Source: an uncultured Hellea sp. (GTDB lineage: Bacteria; Pseudomonadota; Alphaproteobacteria; Caulobacterales; Maricaulaceae). Taken from it: a DNA stretch of 47,683 nucleotides. Positions 39,448-47,683 of the stretch are shown here, piece after piece (the stretch's first letter is position 1; each line of letters starts with the position of its first letter). Under the pieces are notes generated by a model. That model was given only the letters and a program-made list of their open reading frames with translations. It was not told the DNA's origin and did not search any database. The stretch lies in contig CALKIX010000040.1 in assembly GCA_937995665.1 (NCBI GenBank), positions 1-47,683 on the forward strand. The letters are read 5' to 3'. Position numbers and translations under genes: made by a program.

Positions 39448-41889
39448 CTAACTCGCCGTGGCAAATAGCTCAGGATGGGCGCCGTCCACGGCGGCCTCTT
39501 TAGGCAAATAAACGGTCACGTGGGTGCCTTCATTTTCTTCTGATTCCAGCTCGACCCAGCCGCCATGACGCTCAACAAAACGCTGCACTAGCGCCAAGCC
39601 TAGCCCTGCCCCGCCGCGGCTGCTCTCGAAAGAGGCGAAAACCTGCGGCTGGCGCTCCGAGGGAATACCAACCCCGTCATCTTTGACCCAAAGCGTGACC
39701 CCGCCGCCCTCAGCTTTGCTTCCACCAAGCTCTATAACTCCGCCCGGCTTTGTATAGCGCAGGGCATTGGACAGAAGATTATAAATCACCTGTTTAAGGC
39801 GCTGCGCATCTGCGCGGATAATGCCGACATCTTTTGGACATTTAAGCGATAGCGATATGCGTGTATCCTCAGCCTTAGTGGCGACATAATCGAGCGAGTT
39901 TTCCAGCATGGCAAAGACATCAACATCGCCGAGCTCTAGATCCAGCACATTGGCTTCAATGGCGGCGATATCCAGAATGTCATCAATGGTTTTGGCAAGG
40001 TCTTCAGAGGCGCTTTGAATCGCAAAGACATATTCGCTTTGCTTATCATTCATTTCGCCCGCCCCGCCATTTTGTAAGAAGTCTGAATAGCCCGAAATTG
40101 TGGTCAGCGGCGTGCGCAGCTGATAGCTGACATGGCTGACAAATTCCGACTTCATACGGTCCGCCTCTTCCAGCGCGGCAGCGCGCTCAATCAGGGCAGC
40201 TTCCGCTTTGCGCGCAGAGGTCACATCGTTAAAGACAATGAGCGTCGCCCCATCTGGCAAAGGCTTGGAGAGCCAAGTGAGCATTTTAGCATCTGAGCGC
40301 GTTATTTCCCCGCTCACATGGCGGCGCACTTCAGGGTTCGGGTCTGTTGCGCGCGCCTTAAGCCCCTCCCAGAACCCCATATCATGGTAAAGCGGGGCAG
40401 CTTTGTCAGCGATGATCCCAAAACGCGGATTATCTTTCACATCCTCTTCAGAGAGGTTCCAAAGCTGCGCAAAGGCGGCATTAGAAAGACGCAAACGGCC
40501 ATCTGTGCCAAACACGGCAATCCCTTCTGAGAGTTTATCCAGGGTCGCGCGCTGAACATTTATTAACGTCCCAAGCTGGCTTTTCAGCGTAACCGAATCT
40601 GTCATATTTGAGAACAGAAGCGAAATCCCGCCATGGGGGTCGCGCATACGCACAAGGCGCAAAGTGCGGCCATCGGGCAGCGCCCAAAGCTCGTCAGGCA
40701 TCTCCTCTGGCCATTCCGTATATAGGGCGAGCTCACTTTGCTTCCACACCGCATAATCAGGCTGGGCAGGCAAAGTATTGCGCTCACGCAAATGATCGAG
40801 CCAGTCACTATGGGTGGGCCGATCACGGAACCAACCCTCTTCAATATCAAAGAGTGCGGCAAAGGCTTTATTATGAAAACTCATTTTCTTGTCAGAGCCG
40901 AAAATGACAATCGCCTCATCCATCGCATTGAGCATTTCATCATGGGCTTGGATATGGCGCGTTAAGGCCTCGCGCAGCCCTTCGGCCTCTGTGGCATCCA
41001 TCGCCACACCCGCGGCCCCGCCAGACACAGGAAAGACCATAACCGAGGTCGATTTACGCTGCCCCCCTAAAACAATATGGCGCACATCCTCGCTGCGGTG
41101 CTGGCTTGTTAAAACGGTTTTTGATTGCTCGGCCGCTTTCTCATCTAAATGAATTTGTTGGTCGAGCACAGCGCGTACATTATCCCCGCCTACCGCGTCC
41201 ACATAGGCGTCATTGACCCAATTAATTTTCCCGCTTCCAGTCATACGCCAAAGCGGAAAAGGCGCTCGGCTCATCATTTCAATAAAGGCGATAGGGTCAA
41301 CCTCTGCGGTAATGCGGTTATTCTCAAAGCGCGAAATCGCGGCCCGCTCATCTTGGCCCCGAATAGAGGCATCTTCGAGCCAGAGCACAACTTGGCGTCC
41401 CGCCACGCGGCCATCGGCCTCGATGACGTTCCCCTCTGGCAGAATAATAGAAATAGAAAAAGCCTCTCCGCTACGGCGAAGGCGGGCCGTATGGGCGCGC
41501 AAAGTCTCAGTCTCTATATCCTCGCTGATTGTATTCAGATCACCTATGCCGTTTAAAATTCGCATCGCCGTATCTTTAGATTTTCCGGGCTCTGCAAAGC
41601 GTGTCATTGAGGCGAGCGCGGCCGGGGAGCCATAAATCTTAGGCGCCCCCCAATCAGAGGCGAGCTCTGCCCCATTTTCTTCCCAAACAAGAATAAGGCC
41701 AGGATAGGATCCAAAAATAGAATCAAGTTGCCCGATTTGGCGATCCATTTCAGCGCATTTTAACTTCCAGTTTTTACCCGCGCTCTCGCCCTGACCCGCC
41801 CCTCGAAAAGCCAATAGCGAGGCCAGAAGGGCCAAAATAACAGCGCCAACCGTAACAATTAAATTTATGTCGAGTGTTTCTAGCGACAC
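39448..41889 (-). CDS. divL: DivL-type PAS-domain pseudokinase
   Basis: Single N-terminal TM, several PAS domains, H-box with Tyr in place of His (VSYQLRTPLTTI), HATPase domain; upstream of tsaE-amgK-murU-addBA. Confidence 0.85.
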   Translation of the reverse strand: MSLETLDINLIVTVGAVILALLASLLAFRGAGQGESAGKNWKLKCAEMDRQIGQLDSIFGSYPGLILVWEENGAELASDWGAPKIYGSPAALASMTRFAEPGKSKDTAMRILNGIGDLNTISEDIETETLRAHTARLRRSGEAFSISIILPEGNVIEADGRVAGRQVVLWLEDASIRGQDERAAISRFENNRITAEVDPIAFIEMMSRAPFPLWRMTGSGKINWVNDAYVDAVGGDNVRAVLDQQIHLDEKAAEQSKTVLTSQHRSEDVRHIVLGGQRKSTSVMVFPVSGGAAGVAMDATEAEGLREALTRHIQAHDEMLNAMDEAIVIFGSDKKMSFHNKAFAALFDIEEGWFRDRPTHSDWLDHLRERNTLPAQPDYAVWKQSELALYTEWPEEMPDELWALPDGRTLRLVRMRDPHGGISLLFSNMTDSVTLKSQLGTLINVQRATLDKLSEGIAVFGTDGRLRLSNAAFAQLWNLSEEDVKDNPRFGIIADKAAPLYHDMGFWEGLKARATDPNPEVRRHVSGEITRSDAKMLTWLSKPLPDGATLIVFNDVTSARKAEAALIERAAALEEADRMKSEFVSHVSYQLRTPLTTISGYSDFLQNGGAGEMNDKQSEYVFAIQSASEDLAKTIDDILDIAAIEANVLDLELGDVDVFAMLENSLDYVATKAEDTRISLSLKCPKDVGIIRADAQRLKQVIYNLLSNALRYTKPGGVIELGGSKAEGGGVTLWVKDDGVGIPSERQPQVFASFESSRGGAGLGLALVQRFVERHGGWVELESEENEGTHVTVYLPKEAAVDGAHPELFATAS

Positions 41890-42007
41890 AATGCTCCCGA
41901 ATTCCCATATCTAATTTTGACTAGGCTTAAACTGATGCGCAGGCAGAAGAAAGCGTAGATTTGGTCGTAAATCGGCTACAAAGCCCATAAATCAGGGCTA
42001 ATATCGT

Positions 42008-43366
42008 TTAGGCGGCTGTCTTCTCGATTAAGTCGGCAAGGTCTTGCGTGACCTTTTCAACCTTAACCGCATCATCACCTTCGGCCATGACGCGAATAAG
42101 CGGCTCTGTGCCAGAGGCGCGCACGAGAATACGGCCAGAATTGCCAAACATAGCTTTTGCATCTTCAATAGCTGTCTGCACGTGCGGATTGTCCATAGGC
42201 GAAGCGCCTGAATAGCGAACATTTTTCAAAAGCTGCGGAACCGGCTCAAACAAGCTTAGTACTTCGCTGGCAGGTCGGTTCGAGCGTTTGATTTCGGCCA
42301 GAACCTGCAAGGCCGCGACCGTGCCATCGCCCGTTGGCGAGAAATCTGTCATCAAGAGGTGGCCGGACTGCTCGCCGCCAATATTATAGCCATCTTGGCG
42401 CATACGCGCGGCCACATGACGGTCACCAACAGGGGTGCGGATAAAGCTTAGGCCTTCACCCTCAATAAAGCGCTCAAGCCCAAGATTAGACATCACGGTT
42501 GCGACAATGCCGGGGCGCGAGAGCTGACCATTTTTATGCCAGCCTGTCCCGATTAAAGCTAAAAGCTGATCCCCATCAATGATGCGCCCTTTTTCATCAC
42601 ACATAATTAAGCGGTCCGCATCTCCGTCTAGCGCAATGCCGATATCCGCACCGGTCTCGAGAACCTTTTGGGCCATCGCCTCGGTACTGGTAGAGCCACA
42701 CCCTGCGTTAATATTCATCCCATTGGGCGCCACGCCGATAGGTATGACTTCATCCGCCCCGAGCTCCCATAGCGTGTCCGGCGCTGTTTTATAGGCCGCG
42801 CCATTGGCGCAATCGATAACTATTTTCAGGCCATCAAGGCGCATCTTGCGCGGGAAGGTTCCTTTTACAATTTCAATATAACGCGCTTGGAAATCTTCAT
42901 AGCGGCGCACACGGCCCAGATTTTCGGAATCAGCCAGACCTTCTTTCCATTTTTCATCCATATTGGCTTCGATCTCGAACTCTGCTTCATCGCAGAGTTT
43001 CTGGCCGTTGGGCCCGAAGAATTTGATGCCATTATCGTGGAAAGCATTATGTGACGCTGTAATCATAACGCCCAAATCAGCGCGCAGGCGGCGAGTCATC
43101 ATCGCGACGCCTGACGTTGGCAAAGGCCCACAAAGTTTAACATCCATGCCTACAGAGGCAAAACCTGCCACAAGGGCGGGTTCGATCATATAGCCTGAAA
43201 GACGCGTATCTTTTCCAATAACGACTGAATGGCGTCCTGTATTGGCTTTTTGGAAAAATTTACCCGCAGCCATGCCCAAACGCATCACATTGTCAGGTGT
43301 CATTTTACAAACATTCGCACGCCCACGGATACCGTCCGTACCGAAAAATTGTTTCTTCTTACTCAT
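42008..43366 (-). CDS. glmM: Phosphoglucosamine mutase
   Basis: [53 protein letters not shown] 43366 preferred. Confidence 0.97.
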   Translation of the reverse strand: MSKKKQFFGTDGIRGRANVCKMTPDNVMRLGMAAGKFFQKANTGRHSVVIGKDTRLSGYMIEPALVAGFASVGMDVKLCGPLPTSGVAMMTRRLRADLGVMITASHNAFHDNGIKFFGPNGQKLCDEAEFEIEANMDEKWKEGLADSENLGRVRRYEDFQARYIEIVKGTFPRKMRLDGLKIVIDCANGAAYKTAPDTLWELGADEVIPIGVAPNGMNINAGCGSTSTEAMAQKVLETGADIGIALDGDADRLIMCDEKGRIIDGDQLLALIGTGWHKNGQLSRPGIVATVMSNLGLERFIEGEGLSFIRTPVGDRHVAARMRQDGYNIGGEQSGHLLMTDFSPTGDGTVAALQVLAEIKRSNRPASEVLSLFEPVPQLLKNVRYSGASPMDNPHVQTAIEDAKAMFGNSGRILVRASGTEPLIRVMAEGDDAVKVEKVTQDLADLIEKTAA

Positions 43367-43529
43367 AGTCCCAAAATTCCATTCAATTAAAACCGCGCAA
43401 TGCGCATGGCCCCGTGCCCAAACGCTGAGCAATGTTCTAATTCAATTGGGTTAATAGCCTTATAAAACCATGGAAATCAACGACTAATGACAGCGCCTGA
43501 ATATCAAGATAACAGGAGATCCGCCCCCC

Positions 43530-44606
43530 TTAGAGTTTATCAAAACGCGCTTGAGTCTTTAGAGATTCAACAATTTTTTTAACGTCTTGAGCCGCGTCCA
43601 GCTTGCACACAAGAACCGCGCCATCTTTGACGATCACAGCATATCCATCCAGCCCCACCGTCGTGACAAGAGGCCCGTCTGTTTCAATCAGGCAGTTCTG
43701 CGTCGCGTGGGTCACAATATCCCCTTTAAGGGCATTGCCCGCATCGCCTTTTTTAAGGCCGTGCAATGAGGTAAAGGAACCAATATCATTCCAGCCAATG
43801 TCGCAATGAACAACAGCAGCTTTATCCGTGGGCTCCATGACTGCATAATCGATAGATTCTGACGGACAGGCCGAAAAAGCCGCTTTATCCAAAGTGCATT
43901 TTTGCCCCTCAAATTTGGCCGCTTCATAAGCTTCGCGGGCCGCCTCAACAATATCGGGATGAAATTTCTGCATTTCGTCCAAAAGTGTTTTAGGCGAGAA
44001 TAAAAAGATGCCTGCATTCCATTTATAATTGCCGGAGGCGACATAGTCTTGGGCGAGTTTTAAATCAGGCTTTTCTTTAAAAGCAGCAACGCTGTAAACG
44101 CCCGGGGAAATACTCTCGCCCTGCTCAATATAGCCATATCCCGTTTCAGGGGCGCTGGCTTGGATGCCAAAAGTCACAAGATTGCCCGCCTCTGCGGCCG
44201 GCATAGCTGCGGCCACTGAGCGGCGAAACGCCGCCGGCTTAGTGACATGGTGGTCAGCGGGGGCAAGCAAAATTAGCGCCTTGGGGTCTTTAGCCTGCGC
44301 ATGCAGCGCCGCGATAACCGCGCAAGGGGCCGTATTACGTCCTACGGGCTCAATAATAATCTCAGCCAGAGCGCGGCCAATATCATCCATTTGCTCCCGA
44401 ATGGGGACGGCATGATCGGCGTTGCAAATAAAGACGGGAGAGTAAAAAATATCGCCAGAAAGCCGCTTGGCTGTCTCTTGAACCATTGTCTCTTCAGTGA
44501 CTAGCGCAAGAAGCTGCTTGGGCATAGATTTGCGGGAAGCTGGCCACAATCTACTGCCTGCACCGCCTGACATAATGACAGGAATTATTTTCAAATCATT
44601 TCCCAC
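43530..44606 (-). CDS. manC: Mannose-1-phosphate guanylyltransferase (no C-terminal isomerase cupin)
   Basis: SGGAGSRLWPASR..PKQ, EPVGRNTAP, PADH, ETGYGYI, FKEKP, WNAGIF, SIDYAVME, WNDIGS. Confidence 0.93.
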   Translation of the reverse strand: MGNDLKIIPVIMSGGAGSRLWPASRKSMPKQLLALVTEETMVQETAKRLSGDIFYSPVFICNADHAVPIREQMDDIGRALAEIIIEPVGRNTAPCAVIAALHAQAKDPKALILLAPADHHVTKPAAFRRSVAAAMPAAEAGNLVTFGIQASAPETGYGYIEQGESISPGVYSVAAFKEKPDLKLAQDYVASGNYKWNAGIFLFSPKTLLDEMQKFHPDIVEAAREAYEAAKFEGQKCTLDKAAFSACPSESIDYAVMEPTDKAAVVHCDIGWNDIGSFTSLHGLKKGDAGNALKGDIVTHATQNCLIETDGPLVTTVGLDGYAVIVKDGAVLVCKLDAAQDVKKIVESLKTQARFDKL

Positions 44607-44665
44607 ATATACCCCATAGCATCAGGGTATTGATTTCGAGTTAAGCAAGGTGATTAACATTTACT

Positions 44666-45103
44666 TTACCGGCCTAGGCTGACCTCACCCGCGCGATATC
44701 TAAGCAAAATGCGGCAATTGGCCAGCGCGCCATCTTTGGGCGGGGCAAAACGCCAATTTTTCACCGCATTTATAGCATTTTTGTCAAAATAGCCTTCGGG
44801 CACGGAGCGCTCTGCAATAATATTTTGTGTTTGCCCCGCAGCGTCTACATCGAGCTTAATAATTACCCAGCCCTGCATTCCCGAGCTATAGCCGCGCCGC
44901 GGATAATCAGGCAGCTCAAAAACCCGCGCGGACAACGCTTCCCCGCCCAAGCAATCCTCGCTCTGGGAATAGCCCTTCACCCATGGATCGGGCGGATAGC
45001 TACTCTTAGGCGTAAAGGCTTTGGTACTGGCGCAAGCGCTAAGCCCCATAGACACAGAAAGGGCAAGAAATAGGCTTATACTTAAATATAGCGGCTTAAG
45101 CAT
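44666..45103 (-). CDS. Lipoprotein with a TonB C-terminal domain
   Basis: Lipobox LSAC; PDYPRRG...QGWVIIKLDVDAAG...N.....S.P..YFDKNAINAVKNWRFAP. Start overlaps the HPr stop. Confidence 0.8.
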   Translation of the reverse strand: MLKPLYLSISLFLALSVSMGLSACASTKAFTPKSSYPPDPWVKGYSQSEDCLGGEALSARVFELPDYPRRGYSSGMQGWVIIKLDVDAAGQTQNIIAERSVPEGYFDKNAINAVKNWRFAPPKDGALANCRILLRYRAGEVSLGR

Positions 45104-45407
45104 CTTCGCCGAAACGTGAGGACACCAGCGCGTCTAGCGCGTCCAAGGCCTGCGCAGCTTGCGGGCCTGTGGCCGCAATTGTGAGGTCCTCACCGCAGGC
45201 GGCGCCCAGCAATAAAAGCTCCATAACGGATTCGGCCACCACCGTCTCAGCGCAGGTTTCATTATGACTTGTCACTGTGACTTCGGCGTCAAATTCCATC
45301 ACGCATTTCATAAATTTATTGGAGGCGCGTGCATGGAGCCCGCGCTGATTACACAGCGTAACCCGCCTCGTGCGCGCAAGCGGGTCAATGCTCATCGCCG
45401 CGCTCAT
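45096..45407 (-). CDS. HPr/NPr phosphocarrier protein
   Basis: NQRGLHARAS phospho-His motif, AESVMELLLLG, RFGE. ATGA overlap with the EIIA gene. Confidence 0.93.
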   Translation of the reverse strand: MSAAMSIDPLARTRRVTLCNQRGLHARASNKFMKCVMEFDAEVTVTSHNETCAETVVAESVMELLLLGAACGEDLTIAATGPQAAQALDALDALVSSRFGEDA

Positions 45408-45808
45408 GTCTCGCCCGCTAATATTTTGGACGCAATGGCGATATAGCGCCGGCCCGCATCGCGCGCCTTTTCAGAGGCTTCGGCAAGATTGGCGGTACGG
45501 CGCGCCTCGGCCAGTTTGATCAGCATAGGCAGGTTAACCCCCGCCAACACCTCAACCTTACCTTCGCTCAGCATAGATATCGCTAGATTAGAGGGCGTGC
45601 CCCCAAACATATCGGTTAGCAAGATAACGCCGCCCGCCCCATCAACGCGCTTCACCGCGGCGCGAATATCATCGCGGCGGCGCTCCATATCATCATCAGG
45701 GCCAATGCAGACCGTTTCAATTTGTTCCTGAGGGCCGACGACATGTTCTGTTGCGCGGCGCAGCTCTGTAGCCAATTGGCCATGGGTAACAATGACAAGT
45801 CCAATCAT
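45404..45808 (-). CDS. PTS EIIA component, mannose/fructose family (ManX-like)
   Basis: MIGLVIVTHG, LTDMFGGTPSNLAIS, AGVNLPMLIKL. Confidence 0.95.
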   Translation of the reverse strand: MIGLVIVTHGQLATELRRATEHVVGPQEQIETVCIGPDDDMERRRDDIRAAVKRVDGAGGVILLTDMFGGTPSNLAISMLSEGKVEVLAGVNLPMLIKLAEARRTANLAEASEKARDAGRRYIAIASKILAGET

Positions 45809-45885
45809 GGACAACACTCTTTCGCAGTTAAACAGTATTTTACATAATCAAATATTGAGCCCGATGGAAAGCCTTATGTTGCTTT

Positions 45886-47634
45886 TTATGCTGCTTTTCG
45901 CTTCTGCCGCGCGCGGCGTTTTGGACTTTGCGGCCCACCGCCATCCGCCAAGCGTGGCAGCTCAATGATAAAGCGGGCCCCACTTGGGCGCGCCGCGTCC
46001 GTATCCTTGCGGTTTTCAGCCCAGATACGTCCTTTATGCGCGGTGATAATCTGGCGGCAAATGGCAAGGCCAAGCCCAGAATGTGAGCCAAATTGTGCGC
46101 CTTTGGGGCGCTGCGTGTAAAATCGCTCAAAAACGGTTTCGAGATTGTCCTCAGGAATCCCTGGCCCGTCATCATCAACCGTAATGAGGATGCGCTCGCG
46201 CGCCTGATCGTCTTGAGCCAGCCTAGCCTCAAGACGCACCTCACCATCCTTGGCAGAAAAGGTCAGGGCATTATCAATAAGGTTTCGCAGCACTTGGGCA
46301 AAGGGCGTTTCAAAAGCGCGGATAAAGACGGGCGCATCGACGCTAAGCTGCGTGTTATTGACCAGCTGAGCCTCGCCCGGCTTTCGGGTTTGTTCGTAAA
46401 ACTCTGTAATACCGCCGAGCACCTGCGAAATATCAAGGGTCTGCGCCGTTTCGCGGGCCAAATTCGCATCCACCTTAGAGGCCTTGGAAATATCGGTAAT
46501 TAAGCGGTCCATGCGCGAGACATCTTGCTGGATAATATCAATGAGCTTTGCCCGCTGGGCATTCGTCTTAGCCCCGCGCAGCGTATCAGAGGCCGAGCGC
46601 AGCGAGGTCAGCGGGTTCTTAATTTCATGGGCGACATCGGCGGCAAAATTGGCAATATCATCAATACGGCCATAAAGCCCTTGGGTCATCTCGCCCATCA
46701 CAATGGACAAATCTCCAATCTCGTCGCGGCGGCGCGAGAGATCTGGAATAGCGTCGCGCTTGGAGCTGGATTGTGTCACCATTTCCGCGGCGCGCGCAAG
46801 CTTACGCATAGGCAAGCTAATAAATAAAATCAGCGCCAGCGAGGAAAGCAGCGCCGCCAGAAAAGCCAGCCCGATAATCGGCGCGAGGGCGCGGCGCTCC
46901 CCATTAATAATCGCGTCAACATCAGAGCTCTCAACCGTGACAACGGCGAGGACTTGCTGCACGCGCTTAATCGGCTGGCTGACCGTGACAATGAGCGAGT
47001 CGTCATCCCGGTAGCGCGCCCCGCTCATAACGTCCCCGTCCAGCGCGGTGCGAATATCGGCTTTGAGGTTACGCCGCAGGGCGTCGCGTCGCTGCGCGCG
47101 CCATGGCAGGTTATGGGCTGTTTCTTTTATCCACTGCTCTGCTCGCGCTTTAAAAACTTGCGGCTGCGGGGCGGGTTCAGGATCTTTTATAATAGGATCG
47201 AGCGAAGATATAGAGATGGTCTCGTCCAAAATCTCGCTATCGACAATCAACATGCCTTGGCGATCATGCAGGCGCACGCGCCAGTTTTCGGGCGTATTTA
47301 TCCCGCGCAAAACCTGCGTGGCCATATCGACATCAAGCTTAGCCGCGGAACTGGCCCCCGTGGCGTTTTCAGACATGACTGTAGAAATTGTCGAGGCGAG
47401 CGAGCGTAGATTATCGAGCTTGGCTTCGACAAGGCCTGCCTCAAAGCGGTTCATAGCCAACGACCCCACCACCAGAATTATCAAGCCGACGAGATTGGAT
47501 AAAATGATAAGCCGCGTCAGGCGCGAGCGCAGCCAAGAGCGGCGCGGCCCTTGGCGGCGCTCCCTGATTTTAATCCGCCCCATATCGGAGCCTTCCGATG
47601 TTTTAGGCTTCTTTATATTTATATCCAACGCCAT
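45886..47634 (-). CDS. chvG: Sensor histidine kinase ChvG/ExoS
   Basis: Two TMs around a periplasmic domain (RVRLHD...LIVDS), HAMP (RRDEIGDLS), FAADVAHEIKNPLTSLRSA, FERFYTQRP, SGLGLAI. Alternative start ATG 47583. Confidence 0.93.
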   Translation of the reverse strand: MALDINIKKPKTSEGSDMGRIKIRERRQGPRRSWLRSRLTRLIILSNLVGLIILVVGSLAMNRFEAGLVEAKLDNLRSLASTISTVMSENATGASSAAKLDVDMATQVLRGINTPENWRVRLHDRQGMLIVDSEILDETISISSLDPIIKDPEPAPQPQVFKARAEQWIKETAHNLPWRAQRRDALRRNLKADIRTALDGDVMSGARYRDDDSLIVTVSQPIKRVQQVLAVVTVESSDVDAIINGERRALAPIIGLAFLAALLSSLALILFISLPMRKLARAAEMVTQSSSKRDAIPDLSRRRDEIGDLSIVMGEMTQGLYGRIDDIANFAADVAHEIKNPLTSLRSASDTLRGAKTNAQRAKLIDIIQQDVSRMDRLITDISKASKVDANLARETAQTLDISQVLGGITEFYEQTRKPGEAQLVNNTQLSVDAPVFIRAFETPFAQVLRNLIDNALTFSAKDGEVRLEARLAQDDQARERILITVDDDGPGIPEDNLETVFERFYTQRPKGAQFGSHSGLGLAICRQIITAHKGRIWAENRKDTDAARPSGARFIIELPRLADGGGPQSPKRRARQKRKAA

Positions 47635-47683
47635 AAAGCGTTTCTATACCATCAAAGCTCTTATCCGTCTTGCGGAACTTTTT
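47603..47683 (-). CDS. chvI: Response regulator ChvI, C-terminal end (partial; absent from the ORF track)
   Basis: Translation KKFRKTDKSFDGIETLYGVGYKYKEA* is the ChvI winged-helix C-terminus, directly upstream of chvG. Confidence 0.9.
   Translation of the reverse strand, partial: KKFRKTDKSFDGIETLYGVGYKYKEA

Noticed and set aside
40100-40150. His-to-Tyr change at the kinase phosphoacceptor site
   Set aside because: This is the known DivL hallmark, not a novelty or a pseudogene.
1-47683. CRISPR arrays, IS elements, prophage genes, rRNA
   Set aside because: No spaced repeat arrays, transposase, integrase or phage motifs, or rRNA-like stretches were seen; nearly all sequence is accounted for by the listed genes.

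Overview
Mostly core chromosome of an alphaproteobacterium. The divJ, divL, chvG/chvI, ptsP, addAB and gltD-gltB content points to a Caulobacterales/Maricaulales-like organism (inference). About 41 CDSs and one tRNA-Gly(GCC) are supportable; I see no CRISPR array, IS element, integrase or prophage. Two segments look accessory. The first lies beyond the tRNA-Gly 3' end: a LytS-type kinase, a LytTR regulator and a TonB-dependent receptor that runs off the window, with a perfect 13-bp direct repeat at 21-bp period in the receptor promoter. The second lies between gltB and accD: a lipoprotein HEXXH metallopeptidase with tandem Ig-like repeats plus a small secreted partner. Other leads are a Pho-box-like promoter driving an HNH nuclease / untracked 57-aa membrane protein / cyclophilin operon, a chvG-manX-npr locus lacking hprK and ending in a lipoprotein made only of a TonB C-terminal domain, and a candidate sRNA at about 11.0-11.1 kb. 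All calls come from motif reading and recalled family knowledge; no searches were run.
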